Positions 26,501 through 39,500 of a DNA stretch of 64,000 nt are shown here, in pieces. The stretch is from the NCBI RefSeq assembly GCF_902459465.1, contig NC_047074.1, positions 1,488,001 through 1,552,000 on the forward strand, written 5' to 3'. Under the pieces are notes generated by a model, which saw only the letters and a list, made by a program, of their open reading frames with translations, had not been told where the DNA came from and did not search any database. The first letter of the stretch is position 1. Every line of letters begins with the position of its first letter. This DNA is from Asterias rubens (Eukaryota). The position numbers and the translations under genes are program-made.

Positions 26501-29500
26501 GACAGATCCTGAGTTCTGTCCAAGTTCAGCAGCTCATCCAGACCTGAAGAAATGACAACAAAAACAAATCCAATTAGGCAAGATCCTCAATTCCAAAACA
26601 AAAAGAGCAAGCTAAATGAGGCAGAGGTTTTAAAGAGAATGCCTGCATCAATCTGAAACCATACGCCTTTTTAAAGTACATGGCGAAACACAATGCTACA
26701 ACACTTTAAGACTTGGGTAACTGTGTGTGTATTAACCCAAACCAAACAGTACACTCCAATTCTGTCCTCCATACCTCAAAAAGGCTTATTCAAGGGTTCT
26801 ACCCATACATAACATAGCATTTTGAGAATCACGCAAATTGGGTGGGGATATGCGCAAATTTCAGTTGATATGGAAAATCATTATTTTTTTTTTTCCCCAT
26901 TATTTTTTTAATAAAAATTTCACAAAAAAATCATCAAGATAAAATCCTTCATAATACTCAAGAAAGCACGTTAGGGCATTTATATTCAAGATAAACAACA
27001 AGAAGTTAATATTCTGAAGACCTTGTTTAAACTTTTGAAGAGGAACTATCATCACGATCATAGGAGTCCTGTGGCCATACATGTAATAATGACCTGTGAG
27101 GCGAATTTGACGTCAGTCAAACAAGGGGTCCGGCAAGCTAGACCCCTTTGGTAATGACACAACACAAGCTCAACTCTCCATGCGCAGATTGTTTAAACTG
27201 AGCTCAGAGAACCAAAGATCAAGATCAACTCACCTTTCTGGAGAATCATCGAGATGTGCGTCTCCATTAGCTGCTTTTCAACACAGGCTATTAGCGATTT
27301 TCTTGTGGTGTGGTCTAGGTAGTACATTATTCGTTGAGATTCTTCCTCTAGTCTACGGTCGACATGGGCCAAGTACTCCGGAACCTTGACAAATAAAAAC
27401 AGAGAAGGATGTTTGATAATCCGTCAAAACAAAATGTTTGGAATTTAAAACACTATAAACATGTACATTTATACAGGGCCTCAAAATTTGCTGCCGACGG
27501 TACACAGCTCCCTTTGTAGGAAAACCACTATTCAAACATTTATATTAACACCACCTTACCGTTTAAGGAAAAAGAACTTACTGAACTGTCCCATCCAAGA
27601 ATTTATTCTCAAATGCCTCTAGTCTTCATAAAAACAAACAATTTCTTTTCCTTTACCAATCATGTATAACACCCTTAGCTATTATAAGGAAATGATCCCA
27701 AGTGATGTTAAGAACCCAATTGAGAACTTACATCTCTCTCGTGCATAAGTTGCTTTCCCTCAGCAGCGTAGAGCCTTTCTGTCGCATCCAAGAACTTCTT
27801 CTCAAACGCCTCTTCATAGATCTGAAGATCAGACAACATCCTGAGGAGGCTCTTTAGAAGGCTGTGGTCGACGACATCGCCGCCTCGCTCGCTCTCAATC
27901 AGTTGAAGGAGGCCCTCTACTGTTCGCATTTGCACAGTCTTGTTGCTGATGATGTGGGAGCGGAACAGATCCAATCCCATATCCCTATAACGAAAAAATG
28001 AGGGAGTTAGGTGCCTATCAAAAGCTGATTTTGCCCAAGTTTGATTGATTCAAAATACATAATACTTTTATTTGGTTGATAACTTAGTTTTTAGCAACTC
28101 GATGGGTTTATTTTTGTAACAACCCCTGGTAGTGTATTTTGAATGGCAATTATTTGCGGAGTATTTATCAATCTATGACCCTACACATGTACCTTTAATA
28201 ATACTAAGAAGAATAATAAACAGCACTTATAAAGCACAGAGTATTTGACCAAAAATGCTATTCAAGGCTATTGGCAAAGTCAAAGTCAAAAGTCCAGGAT
28301 TAAAATGCCTGCTTGAAGAGATGAATTTTGAGCTGTCGTTTAAGATTGTTCTGTGTTCTGAGGTTAAACAGCAGTGAACTTGGATAGACGAATTTCAAGA
28401 CACTTACCAGAGTGAAGAAACAAAGGAGTTTTGAAGGACATAAGTTCTATCGAGGAAGAGAAATATACTTCTGATCATGATCTGTGGAAAAAAAGATTAA
28501 CAATTTTATTTTAAACAAATCAGAATATAATTTAGGGTTGTACAAAGAAAAATTCACTTAGGACTTGAGCATGCGACCTCCAGATTAACATGTCAGCGCT
28601 ATATCAACTAACCCAGGTAACCTTTCTAACCCTATGTTGGCGGTCTCCCTATTTTGTCTGATCTTCGGTCAATATCTTAGTTCAGGTGTGCAAGTCAGAA
28701 GCCATTCAACATATAATAGCGATGCGTCGGAACTTTAGTCTTCAAATCCTCACAATCCCAATTGCGCCTTGTGCTTAAAAGCTTTTTGTAAAGTAGCCCA
28801 CCAGGCTAGTTACATGGAGCTGTGCATTCCAGTGTACTTGCCGGGCCTAGGTACTTCCACCAAGGAAGTTTTAGTAGCCTAGACTTTGAACATGTGGGCC
28901 TATTGTTTAGAAGTGGTGTTTATTAGCCCATGGTAGTTTTTGTACGGCCAGCTAGTGTTAAGAGCGAGCCCTCGAAAACCATAACAGGGGCACAGCAATT
29001 TTTCTCTGACGGGGGCACCTCTATGAGGGAAATGTCAATTTGTACAGGAACCTCGCAAAGGGCACCACAGCAAAAGCTCAGGGCACCATGGCAATTGCTG
29101 TGGGTGCTGTGGGTTATTTCCAGGCCTGCTATAAGTTTATGAAATTCGAAACTTTCCTGAATTTTAAAAACATAGTAAGATCCTGCAAAAAAGAGAAAGA
29201 CTCACCATCTGTCTGCAGTGATCCAACCAACATGTGTTTAGCTGTTTGAGATATGAGAGGCTATCCAGGATTTCAGTAAGTTGACAGTTAAGGAAAGAGC
29301 AACAATCAATTAAAACCCCCCCAACAAAAACTTGTACACTTGACATAAAAACATTCAGATTTTCAGACGGATACTTTAAATTGGGCAGTACAAACCATTT
29401 GAATGTAAACAAATCCAGAATTTGTTGGTGTTATTTGCGACGTGTCATGGCATGTCATTTAATGCATCAGACTCCCAAGTTCTGGTGGCTGATTTAAAAA

Positions 29501-30904
29501 AAATTCTATGGGGGGAGGGGGGAAAACAAAACGGATTTCCTGTTAAAGATTGAGAAATCACATGCCTGATTTAGAGGCAAGTTGACAGCTGCAAGAAAGT
29601 TTAAAATCAAAGATAATATTTGAAAACTAATTTGACATCAGGAGGGGGGGGGGAACAACTTGATAAAAAATCAGTTTCGATTAAAAAGGATATCCCGTAT
29701 ACAGCCCAATCTGCGATCGGACATGCGACTCGCAGACTATCTTCAACTTGTCGTAGAGGGCAGCAGACATCTTATGGGAGCACATATTCTCCACAGCCTG
29801 GTAGAGCTCTTCCAAGCTGTATTTGATGGGTCTGCTGGTGTGGATTGCCTCCACGGCTTCCTTCAATCGTTGCCATGTCTGTTCCTGGTAGTTCTCTGGC
29901 AACTCTGGCCTCACTTTTTGAAAAAAATGCAATGGGAACAGTCAAATATTTAGTAATTTTTCAAGTCAGCATACATTATAGGCCTACGTATGTACACATG
30001 CTTTCTTACCGACTTACTCTACAGTGCTTAAAGGTGTTCGACCAGTATTTGATCAGCAGACAAGGACCCAATTTCATACAGCTGTTTTTTTTTTGCCAAA
30101 AATGGCTATTGATATTGTCCTGTTGATATTATTAGTGTGATAAAAATTACAGACAAAGAATAACAGTAAATTGATTGTGTATTGAACATGTTGAAGTATT
30201 TCATTACTATTACTATGTGTATACAACTTGAGCATTAAAAACTCTCTCTTTTCTTTTTTTGTATTTCATGAAAATTATGTTGATAGCACTACCACTTGAC
30301 TAGGGACTAGGCACAGCATCAAAACGTCAACTCCCTTTATTTATGAATAAGTTTACAAAAACTGAATTAAAACTTTAAAAGGAAAAGCAAAATTAAATAT
30401 TATGTAACAATCCTGACATCCCTGGGACAACAATAATTAATAATAATTATTGTTAATTAACTACATATGTAAGTGCAAATGATACCCCATTTCAACCGTC
30501 AAAATTACAAACAAAAATGCAATAATAAACTGATAAATAAAGTTTCCTTTGATTTTGGAGACCATCACATGACATTTGCCCTTTTTTTAGACAACATTTT
30601 TCACCCAGCAAAACCTACCTTTGAAATTCTTGATTACAAGCTTCTTAGAGCTGCCGGGTTTATTGTTCACTAGAGGGGAAGCTCTACTTGTGAACCCATT
30701 ATTTGAGGTGCTTAAGGCTGAAAAGTTCGCCCGTTTTGGAGCTTCTCCCATGATGAGGTTTTCGTCGTCTTCGCACAAATCGTCCCTTGTTCTTTTTCTG
30801 TCGTGACCGTGATGGTGGTTGTTTCCCGAAGTCTTCCTTTTTCTTTGCCCAATCTCCAAATCCGATTTCAGGGATGAATTCTGCTCATTGCGTGTGAGAG
30901 GCAT
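20573..30904 (-). CDS. CUL4: Cullin-4, 18 coding exons, 804 aa
   Basis: Exons: 30619-30904, 29694-29913, 29206-29275, 28408-28481, 27732-27984, 27234-27384, 26425-26543, 25676-25868, 24987-25091, 24354-24464, 23478-23563, 22823-22930, 22484-22597, 22179-22281, 21870-21943, 21519-21617, 21062-21214, 20573-20668. All phases are consistent (2415 nt). Motifs: [44 protein letters not shown], neddylation region [10 protein letters not shown]-terminus YHYVA*. Confidence 0.97.
23743..23930. repeat. Tandem duplication of about 93 bp
   Basis: cgtgtccc...tataacacc occurs twice in the CUL4 intron. Confidence 0.85.
24553..24954. mobile_element. Family A Kolobok-like MITE (CUL4 intron)
   Basis: TTAA|AGGCACTGGACAC...GTGTTCAGTGCCT|TGAA. 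A further copy is at about 23105-23452. Confidence 0.8.
29276..29693 (-). other. U12-type (minor spliceosome) AT-AC intron, CUL4 intron 2
   Basis: 5' end is ACGGG|ATATCCTTTT. Branch site TTTCCTTAAC is at about 29287-29296 and the 3' end is TTAC|TGAAATC. Splicing here restores [27 protein letters not shown] in frame. Confidence 0.93.
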
Positions 30905-30999
30905 TCATGACCCAGGGTGAGGCCACCAAAATGGCCCAATTTTGGTGAGAAACGGATAGGGAAAACGTAGAAATTCTCGTCCGGAGTGCAAAAAGTTTG

Positions 31000-31190
31000 G
31001 TCGAATTGAACAAAATGGCAGCGCGCAGTACATCATGGACGCACGGAACTATGGGAGATTGGGTCAAAGTTCATTTAAATGCCATAATCAAAACATGTTG
31101 TCTGATAGTGCCGTTATATGACTACCCCTTTTAGGGGCGTTTCTGTTCAACTACCCGCGGGGAGGTGCCACTCTGACTCAATACGAAATA
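31000..31190 (-). promoter_or_regulatory. CUL4 promoter/5'UTR region
   Basis: CpG-containing segment with a YY1-like AAAATGGCAGC just upstream of the ATG. Confidence 0.45.
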
Positions 31191-33593
31191 ATATTAACAA
31201 ACACATTTTATTGCACATAATCAACAGATAATTGTGTTCGCGTTTGCTTTCGTGTTGGGTTTTCTTTAATCAGCACATTGATTTGGTTTGACTTACAAAA
31301 AAATTACATCAAAAAAACGTTTTAAAATAGGCACAGTGCCAACCCGGACATATTAGAAGAGTTCATAAACTTCAAGGAAATTTGGGTTAATTCATGAGTT
31401 GGTTGAATGCCAATTTCGTGGCAAAGAATGCTATTATTTATGGACAATTCTTTGTTGAGTTGCATACAATTTTGAGGATGATGCAATGGTTGAAAAGTGA
31501 AACATTTTAAAGCCTTTTAACAAAAATGCAAACACAATCTGGGGGGGGGGGGGATCAATTCTTGATACCATGACAAACATAGAAGCAAAAAGATTCAACT
31601 TGCCATTTGTCAAATATATATATATTGTTTCTTTTGGCTAATAAACCCAAACACAAGAAACAAACTCCAAAACACAACATTTGACGAAAGTAAAAACACC
31701 AACTTTATTCATCCATAACACCCTCCAAACATTAAATCATATATAAATATATATTTTTTGAATCAAAGAAATAAATCCACCATGCAGTTTCCTCAAAAAT
31801 AAATTTTTATAAAACTAATAAATATCAGGTAGCCAAAAGCACACGATATATCCACACATTTTTGTACATCACAAACAATTTAAAATCACACATGACATAA
31901 TAAAGGGAAGGCTTAAAGTTCCCAATCGGGTATATATTCCCAATTGGGTAAGTTCAGTAACAATAATCCAGAAGAGAGAGTGCCAGAACTGGGCCAGTGA
32001 TTTACTTTTGTTTTTGTACTAACAAATATCCATGGTTGCTTCGCTATACCTTGGTGTACAAATGGGAATGTTAACTCCCACAGCTACTTGAATACAATAC
32101 CAGGGGTCGATTTCACAAAGAGTCGGGACCAGTTTTACTTGTCCTAACTTAGGATTAATCTTAAGGTCTGCATGCTACAGTGCAGGGTTAGGACTCGTCC
32201 TAAGTCCTAAGATAAGTTAGGAAGAAACTTGTAAAACCGATGGCTGGAGTTTAAGTTAATGATAGAAGTGTCAATAAACAACTATGATTGCTTCTCTTCA
32301 TCTAGGTGTAAAAATGGAGAATTTAGCTCCCACAAAACCTTGTCGTTACCAAGTTGGTGAACAGATAGTGATATTCACATAAAAATACATCAGTCAAATT
32401 GCTTAAATTGTAACTCAAACTTCATTATTAATAAAAAAACAAAAAATGGAAAGTGTTCAGACATAATTTTCTCATTTTTGGGTCTGACAGAAGGAATTGC
32501 GTAATACGGCAGCCCATCATGTTCATCAAGCAGCGAAATATTAGCGAATTCAAAGTCCGAAATCAGTTTCACACAATATGCAAATGCAATTTACTTTACA
32601 GCTAGTAAACTCATTTTGCTCGTTTAAGGTTCAAAAAGGTTAGGCAGTTTGATAAATTCCAGATCAAAAGTTGCAGCATTTTGTTGGAAAAAGTGATGAT
32701 AAAACTCATCAATATGCAAGATCATAAAAAATATTTTCATAATTGTATCCTTGATATATGGGAGGAACAACACTTTTTTATACACTGGCCTTGTTAGGTA
32801 TGTGAGTTTTATGTAACAATTTGGTAATCACAACCCACTGTTTGCTTATTTATACCATACAACCAACTAACCATTGTTGAAAATTTCCTTTCAAAAGGTT
32901 GTAACGTTTTTTGAGAAAATGGCTGAAAAATATGGAGCAGTTATGTCCTCGCAAAAAAAATAATCTGCAAGTTGAGAACCTAATCTGAGAAATACCACCA
33001 GCAGAAATGCTTCTCATAGTCAAATTTTGGTGGATAAAAAGTGATTTATTCTTTTGTCATGACAGGATCTGAATTGTTCACACTTTCCAAAACTCAAAGC
33101 TCTAACCAAAATAGAAAGAAATCTTCAAAAAAAAATAACAATGGTTTGACAAAAGATTTGTGAATATACCAAGAATCAATATAAGAGTATGGAAAACTCA
33201 GAATTTTTTGTTTTTCTTTGATTAAGGACCCTGGACTTTCAATTGGATGTAAAATCATAAAGAGGCATCAAAATGGGTGCATTTGATTAGCTTCTGCCCC
33301 TTTTGCCATTTGATCTGCCCCTGGTACGTTCGAATAGCTTTGACGTCATTACAGGGGCTCACCCTGGTCAGCCCCAAATGCCCTGCTTGTGGAGTGGGTC
33401 ACGCAACCAATAAAATAATGATGGGGTGTTTTAGTTATCACGTCACAAAAACTAACACTAACATTTGACTTACGTTATCTTTATAATTTTAGCTTTTAAA
33501 AAGAACTTCAAGATGAGGACTCTTCATAAATATTTTCAATATGTTATAAAAAATCTGTTTTAATTTACTAATTTTGTTTAATTTCAGCAACCA

Positions 33594-36500
33594 TTACGTC
33601 TTCAAATGTGAATTTTGGTTTGTTTCTTTAGCTATTAGTTCTTGAATTTCAGTTTGTAGAAGACCTGGCTCCATGAGTATTGAAGTGTCTCGACTCAGAT
33701 CGGTTAAAGCTGACGTTACCACTGTACAAAGGAAAAAAGAAATGATAAACAATTTAAGAAACGACAATCAAAACTTAAAAGTGAAAAATGGAACAGGCTA
33801 GGGGTCCTAGGTATGATTAAAGTTAGCCACTTTGTTTCCTTCACCAAAACACATTGGGAAAGCGCAACTCCCAAAAATGTTTGTGTATAGCGCAATGAGC
33901 ACTTTTAATGGATTTTTGCGCTTGATAAGTTTTCCTTATTATTATTATTTATATCATTATTAAGACGTGATACTCACACTTCCGAAGTGGTTTAAGCCGA
34001 CAGCATTCCTCAGACCAATCATGAACTACACGGTCAAAATCACTGACTTGAGACGAACTTACAGCCATCATGTAGGTGTCAAACAACGGCCGCACTATCA
34101 GGCTGAACTGTTATCATATAGACAGTAAAGGAAACTAAAATCTCATAGTTTTGTGGAGTTGAACAAGAAACAATTGACTAGAGCGAGACTTGAATCTGCC
34201 ACTTCTGTATTATTGGAATAATCAACTTACCACAAGGGATCCAATTTTGGGCTGAACAAAGAAAACTTGACAAGAGCGGGGCATGAACCAATGGCCTCCA
34301 GATTAGCGTGCTGGCACTCCACCAACTAGCCCTATGTTGGCGGTCTCTCTATTTTGTCAATATATTTTTGGGGGTGTCAGTTACACAGTGTTTTACATGG
34401 GTCTCATAGCTCGAAAAACCTTTCTGGAAATAAACAATAATATAAGGGCTTTGAGATGCCTGTAGATAAAGCGCTGTATAGACGATGTGACCTCATAACA
34501 TGATTCCGCCGAGCAAAACCTTTGTGTTTTGGCAGCCGGCTAGAAAATGTATGCAATGTTACCATACTACACATCTTTTTGCCCAACGAAACATGATGTA
34601 TACAGTGTTTTGTCAACAGAGGGTGATTTGAATGTAAACATAGGTCACATCGTCTAGTCTAAACAATGTAAGAACCAGGTTTTCAATTATCTTCATGACA
34701 CAACAGTAAGAAAACTCATACGAGATTTTATTTAATTTAAGGCAAAAAGTGCATGCTAAAGGATACAATCCAAAACCTCCAGTTTTTCTTCATTCTTTTG
34801 TGGAGGTATGTCTCCATCATATTCTTTAACTGCCTGTCACTCTGAGTGTTCACTGGTGCCCCGCTGTCTGGTAACTCATCTTGATACGTGCTGCAACAAG
34901 AGAAAGGTATATAGATCAAAGGTCCGCTTGCCTTGCTGCCTTTCCAGCAGTGAATTGCTGGACACTATTGGTAATTGTCAAAAACCAAGTCTTCTCACTT
35001 GGTGTATTCCCAACATATGTACAAAATAACAAACCTTTGAAAACTTGAACTCAATTGGTCATCTAAGTTGCGAGATAATAATGGAAAAGAAAAAAACCCT
35101 TGTCACACAAAGTTTTGTGCTTTCAGATGCTTGATTTTGGGAACTCAAAATCTAATTCCGAGGTCTCAAAATAAAATTCTGAGGTCTCAAAATAAAATTT
35201 GTGGACGATTACTTCTTTCTCGAAAACTATGTTACTTCAGAGGGAGCCATTTCTCACAATGTTTTATACCATCCACAGCTCTCCGTTGCTTGTTACCAAG
35301 TAAGTTTTTGTGCGAACAATTACTTTGATTAACTAGCAAAAGTGTCCACTGCCTTTAAAACACCCGAAAATCAGTCCCAAGTCATTCTGGCTAGTTCAGT
35401 GTTGAAAGCATAAAAAATGAGTTTCTTATGTACTCACTCAATTTCTTTCTTCAGCAACAGAACTTCTCCTTTAAGTTTGTCGCTGGTGTTCCTCAGATCT
35501 TCAACTTCATGTTTCATCGTGACGATGTGCTCATGGGCTGAAAAAGAACACACAAATTTGTTGCACATAATGATGGTAATAATAAGTATAAAATACATTT
35601 AAAAAAAAATACTTTATCAATCATATTATCATCAATCAAATAAAACTTGTGCTTTGATTTGGCCCAATCATCCCATGAATCACATGTAGACTACCGAGGG
35701 CATGGATTTCACTGCCCCTGGTCTTGGCGCCCCTTCAAAAGTTTCACATTGACTTTCAGATTTTTCAATGGAAGTGCCCTTTGCAAAATGGAAATGGCCT
35801 TGCCCAAATTAAAGATGAAATTCCAGGTCTGCGGCATGTCACACTCAACGTCACCCACCTTTCTGCAGCATGCCTGCCGTGCTACTTTTGTTTGATTCAG
35901 TGGCATTCCTCAAGCTTGGGACCACTCTTTGGATTTCATCGAGACCGGATTGGATGTTGAACCTACGCTTGTGTTCCGACTGAAGGTGTTTGTATCGACG
36001 TCGTGTTTCCTGAGAATGAACAGAACAATCTCTTGTTGAAATAGCATTTATTTTGCAAGTTAAAATTGTAATGACATGTCTTACACATCTTTATGACCAC
36101 TTGTTCGATACCTTTAAAGGAATGATGCATTCTTGAATTTATTCCAGTCCTCTATTATCATAGACTTGTGGACAAGTCAATAACTGTTTTCTGGTGATAG
36201 TGTTCTGACTCTCTCCGCGATCCCGCGACCCGGGCAGCTTTGACCGAATGCAGTGATCTCGCAAGAGCGGTATTCGGTCGTGGAAACCCGAAACCCGAAA
36301 CCCGAAACACTCACCACCACCACGACTCGACTATCACCGATACAAACCATTGCAAGTCTTCTATTTTCAATCAAACACAACTTAACAATTAATCTGCATT
36401 AAAGTCAGCGAATAACTTACCTTTTCGCCACTACTGTCTGGGGTTTTCCTCCGCTTTGCTTGTGGTGTTGGAAACTATAAAGAGGAGCAGAAAGAGACTT

Positions 36501-39500
36501 ATCGACACAGGGTTAAAGTTTAGGTTGGGGTCGCCGTTTTTTCCCAGTTTTTACAAGTTTCCATTTGCCTTTTCCTTAAAATTCTTGTGAGAATGTAAAC
36601 TAATACACAGTGTGAATGTTAATGAAAAATATTTTCAAAACATTGAAAGTATCACAAGAGTATATTAATTGTATTATTTTACTCTGGAAATGTCATTATC
36701 CCTTAAGTCCAGATTTCAAACGGGGCGGGGTGGGGGTCACTGACATTAAATGTGGGGGGGGGGGGGGTATTTGAAAAGTGTAGTGATGTTTTTTAGAAAA
36801 TGGTTGATCCAGCCAGACCACGCTTAAAAAAATTGACTGTTGTTCAGGCGTTTTAACTGGACTTTGACCAGCGGAACACTGTTAAGGAAAAACATTGTGA
36901 CCGCTTAAGTGCGAGGGGAGTGTACTCACATCAAACTCTGTGCCTTCTGTCATGCTCCCAGGAGATGAGGCAGCACCTATGGTTACACACGGTCACAGAA
37001 AGGGAATAGGGTCACAGAATGGGGTGGGAATAGAGCGACAGATGAGGAGTGGAATAAGATGACAGAGGGGTGGGGAATATGGTCACAGATGGGGGTGGGG
37101 AATAGATTGACAGACATGGTGAGAAATAATGGTCACGAACACGGTGGGGAATAGGGTAAGAAGAGGTCAGAAATTTGTTTCGAGGCAAGATAGTTGGAAG
37201 ATCAGCACGGAGAGAGATGGAGACAAATGGTGACAAAAAATGGTGTGGGGGTTGCAGAGAAATGGCGGTAGGGATAACAAGGGGTAAAGATTGTGATGAT
37301 TGGGAGAGAGAGAAAATACAAAATTGAGGATTAGAGTATCTGCAATAACATTTCAATTCTGCTGTAAAATCGGGTTAAAAAGGGTTATTTGGGGTTTTAA
37401 ATAATTGCACAAAAAGTTTTTTTCATTTCAAAGTACTCATTTTCAATTTAAATATGAAAAGTTCTTGATATCTTGCATAATAAACTTTAATGAGTTTTCC
37501 TACAAAAATACTTAAATTTCTATGGGGAAAAAAAGGGTATTTTGATTAATTCACACAAAAAACAAATGCATTCATGAAAACAAGTGCATGTTTCGTCAAC
37601 AATTGCAAGAGCATGATAAAAGGCAAGTAGAAACTGAAAATAAAGACGTTACTAAAATTTTGAATCTCTTTTTTTTTTTGCCTGAAAAGAATTTTTTTTC
37701 CCATCTGAAATTGAAATAAAGATTGTAATTAGCATAATATTGAATTTCATCAACAAAACCTTCAAAAGATTTTGGGGGATTGGCTGTTTTTTGGGTAAAT
37801 GAAAATGAAGAATAAGTGTAGTGTTAATTTCCCCCTGCAGAGAAAAACAAAAAACAAAATGGGAATTCACATGTTGGCTGCAAAGAAAGGGGGAAAAAAA
37901 ATCAAATTTGAAAATGTTTTGTTGATACAAAATAAATGGAGTCCTGTCAAAAAAACAAAAAACACATTTTTAGATTGTCTACCATTCACAAGTTAGTGAT
38001 AACTGCAGAAAAGCAATTTTAAGTGATTGACATTTTCAACATCAAACTGCTAAGAAAGGGGTTAAAAATTTGAATTGTGAATTTTATTTTAGTTCTTATT
38101 CATGGCAGGGCGGGCAATTCTCTGGCGAGGTTGTCTCAAACTTTGAGCGGGCAACTCGCCCTCCCAAAATCCACGTGTTAAAAACACTGCCAAGAAGTAT
38201 CTAAATGATATACATTTACAACTAAACTTAAAATGGTAGACAGTCTTGTAAAGTCTAGGGTAATGTAAGCAGCCAATCACAATTAGCCACATGTCAGACA
38301 TTATTGAACCCTAGCAGAACCAGCCAAAATATCATATCACATGTACAATTTGTGCCTGGTATCCCGCTCATTTCTGCTAACCAGAAAATTTGGAAGCAGT
38401 TCTTGAGATTGGCTACACATTAACGACTGCAATCATTTTGTGCTTAAAAAATTCACACAGAAAAAAAGAAAACTAAAACAAGAAAAGCATTTTAAAATCT
38501 GTTCTGCCACGACTTTTGCTACAAATTTGTTGGACTATTTCACAAACAATGTGTGAAAGTACTTTTTCAAAGCAAGAGTGCAATTTAAACACTCATAATT
38601 CGAGTAAAAGTGAATTGAGAAGGAAATGTCAGTTCCTGATTGTTCATGGATGCAACGAAGGCGATTGCCTCCATGCCCCATGGTCATTGCCTTGGTGCCC
38701 TTGAAATGCTCCAGTTGAATTTTACAATTTCCTCATAGGGTGCCCTTTACCCTGGAGAAAAATGCCTTGGTGCCCTTACAAAACGAGGCATACATGCCTG
38801 AAACGTCGTGGCAGAACCCAACAGCAATAAAACAAACATAAACACCACGGGGCCGACACTTCGCAACCATGGCTATACTTGCCGCAAACCGAACGCAGTA
38901 TGCGAATGGTCATCAACAATGTTGTTTTCAATTTTGCGACAGTTAAGCATTTTTTACGAAAGCCCCTTCGATTATATTTCCAAAAGTCCTGCGACGGCTA
39001 CCCTGTTTTTTTTTCCTCCAGAAAAAAACTGAGGCGGAGGGGTTTACTCACTGGAAGCCGTGGAAGGGTGGTGGCTGGTTAACAGGAGGGGGCTCAAATT
39101 CGTCTCCGTACGAGCCTCAGGTTTGCCAAGGTCTTTAGTCTCGGACTATGGAAATATATATTGTGTAAAAAAAGGGGAATGATAGCTTGATTAGAAGAAT
39201 AGATATTGAAGAAAAAAAAGTTAAACTTATCAATAACATTTGGTTTGCCGTAATACCAAGTGTCAAACTTCTTTAATTTTTAAAAAGTTTCTACACTCCT
39301 TCCCTTTAATTGACAGTTTTGTACAGGAATTCTGTGTATTATTATAAACTTGTTCACCTTCAAAAATATCTTATCTCACTAAATGTTCTTAAAGAACATC
39401 TTACAAAAATAGTTAATGGCCTGACATTTTCGACACCAGCAGAGTGTTTCTCAAAGGCTAACAGGACATATTGTCATGTCTTAACAGGTTTAGAAATTTA

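Noticed and set aside
123-30904. FBXO45 next to CUL4 as a functional ubiquitin-ligase cluster
   Set aside because: FBXO45 is known to work with SKP1 and MYCBP2 rather than CUL4, so adjacency alone is no evidence. A synteny survey would be needed.
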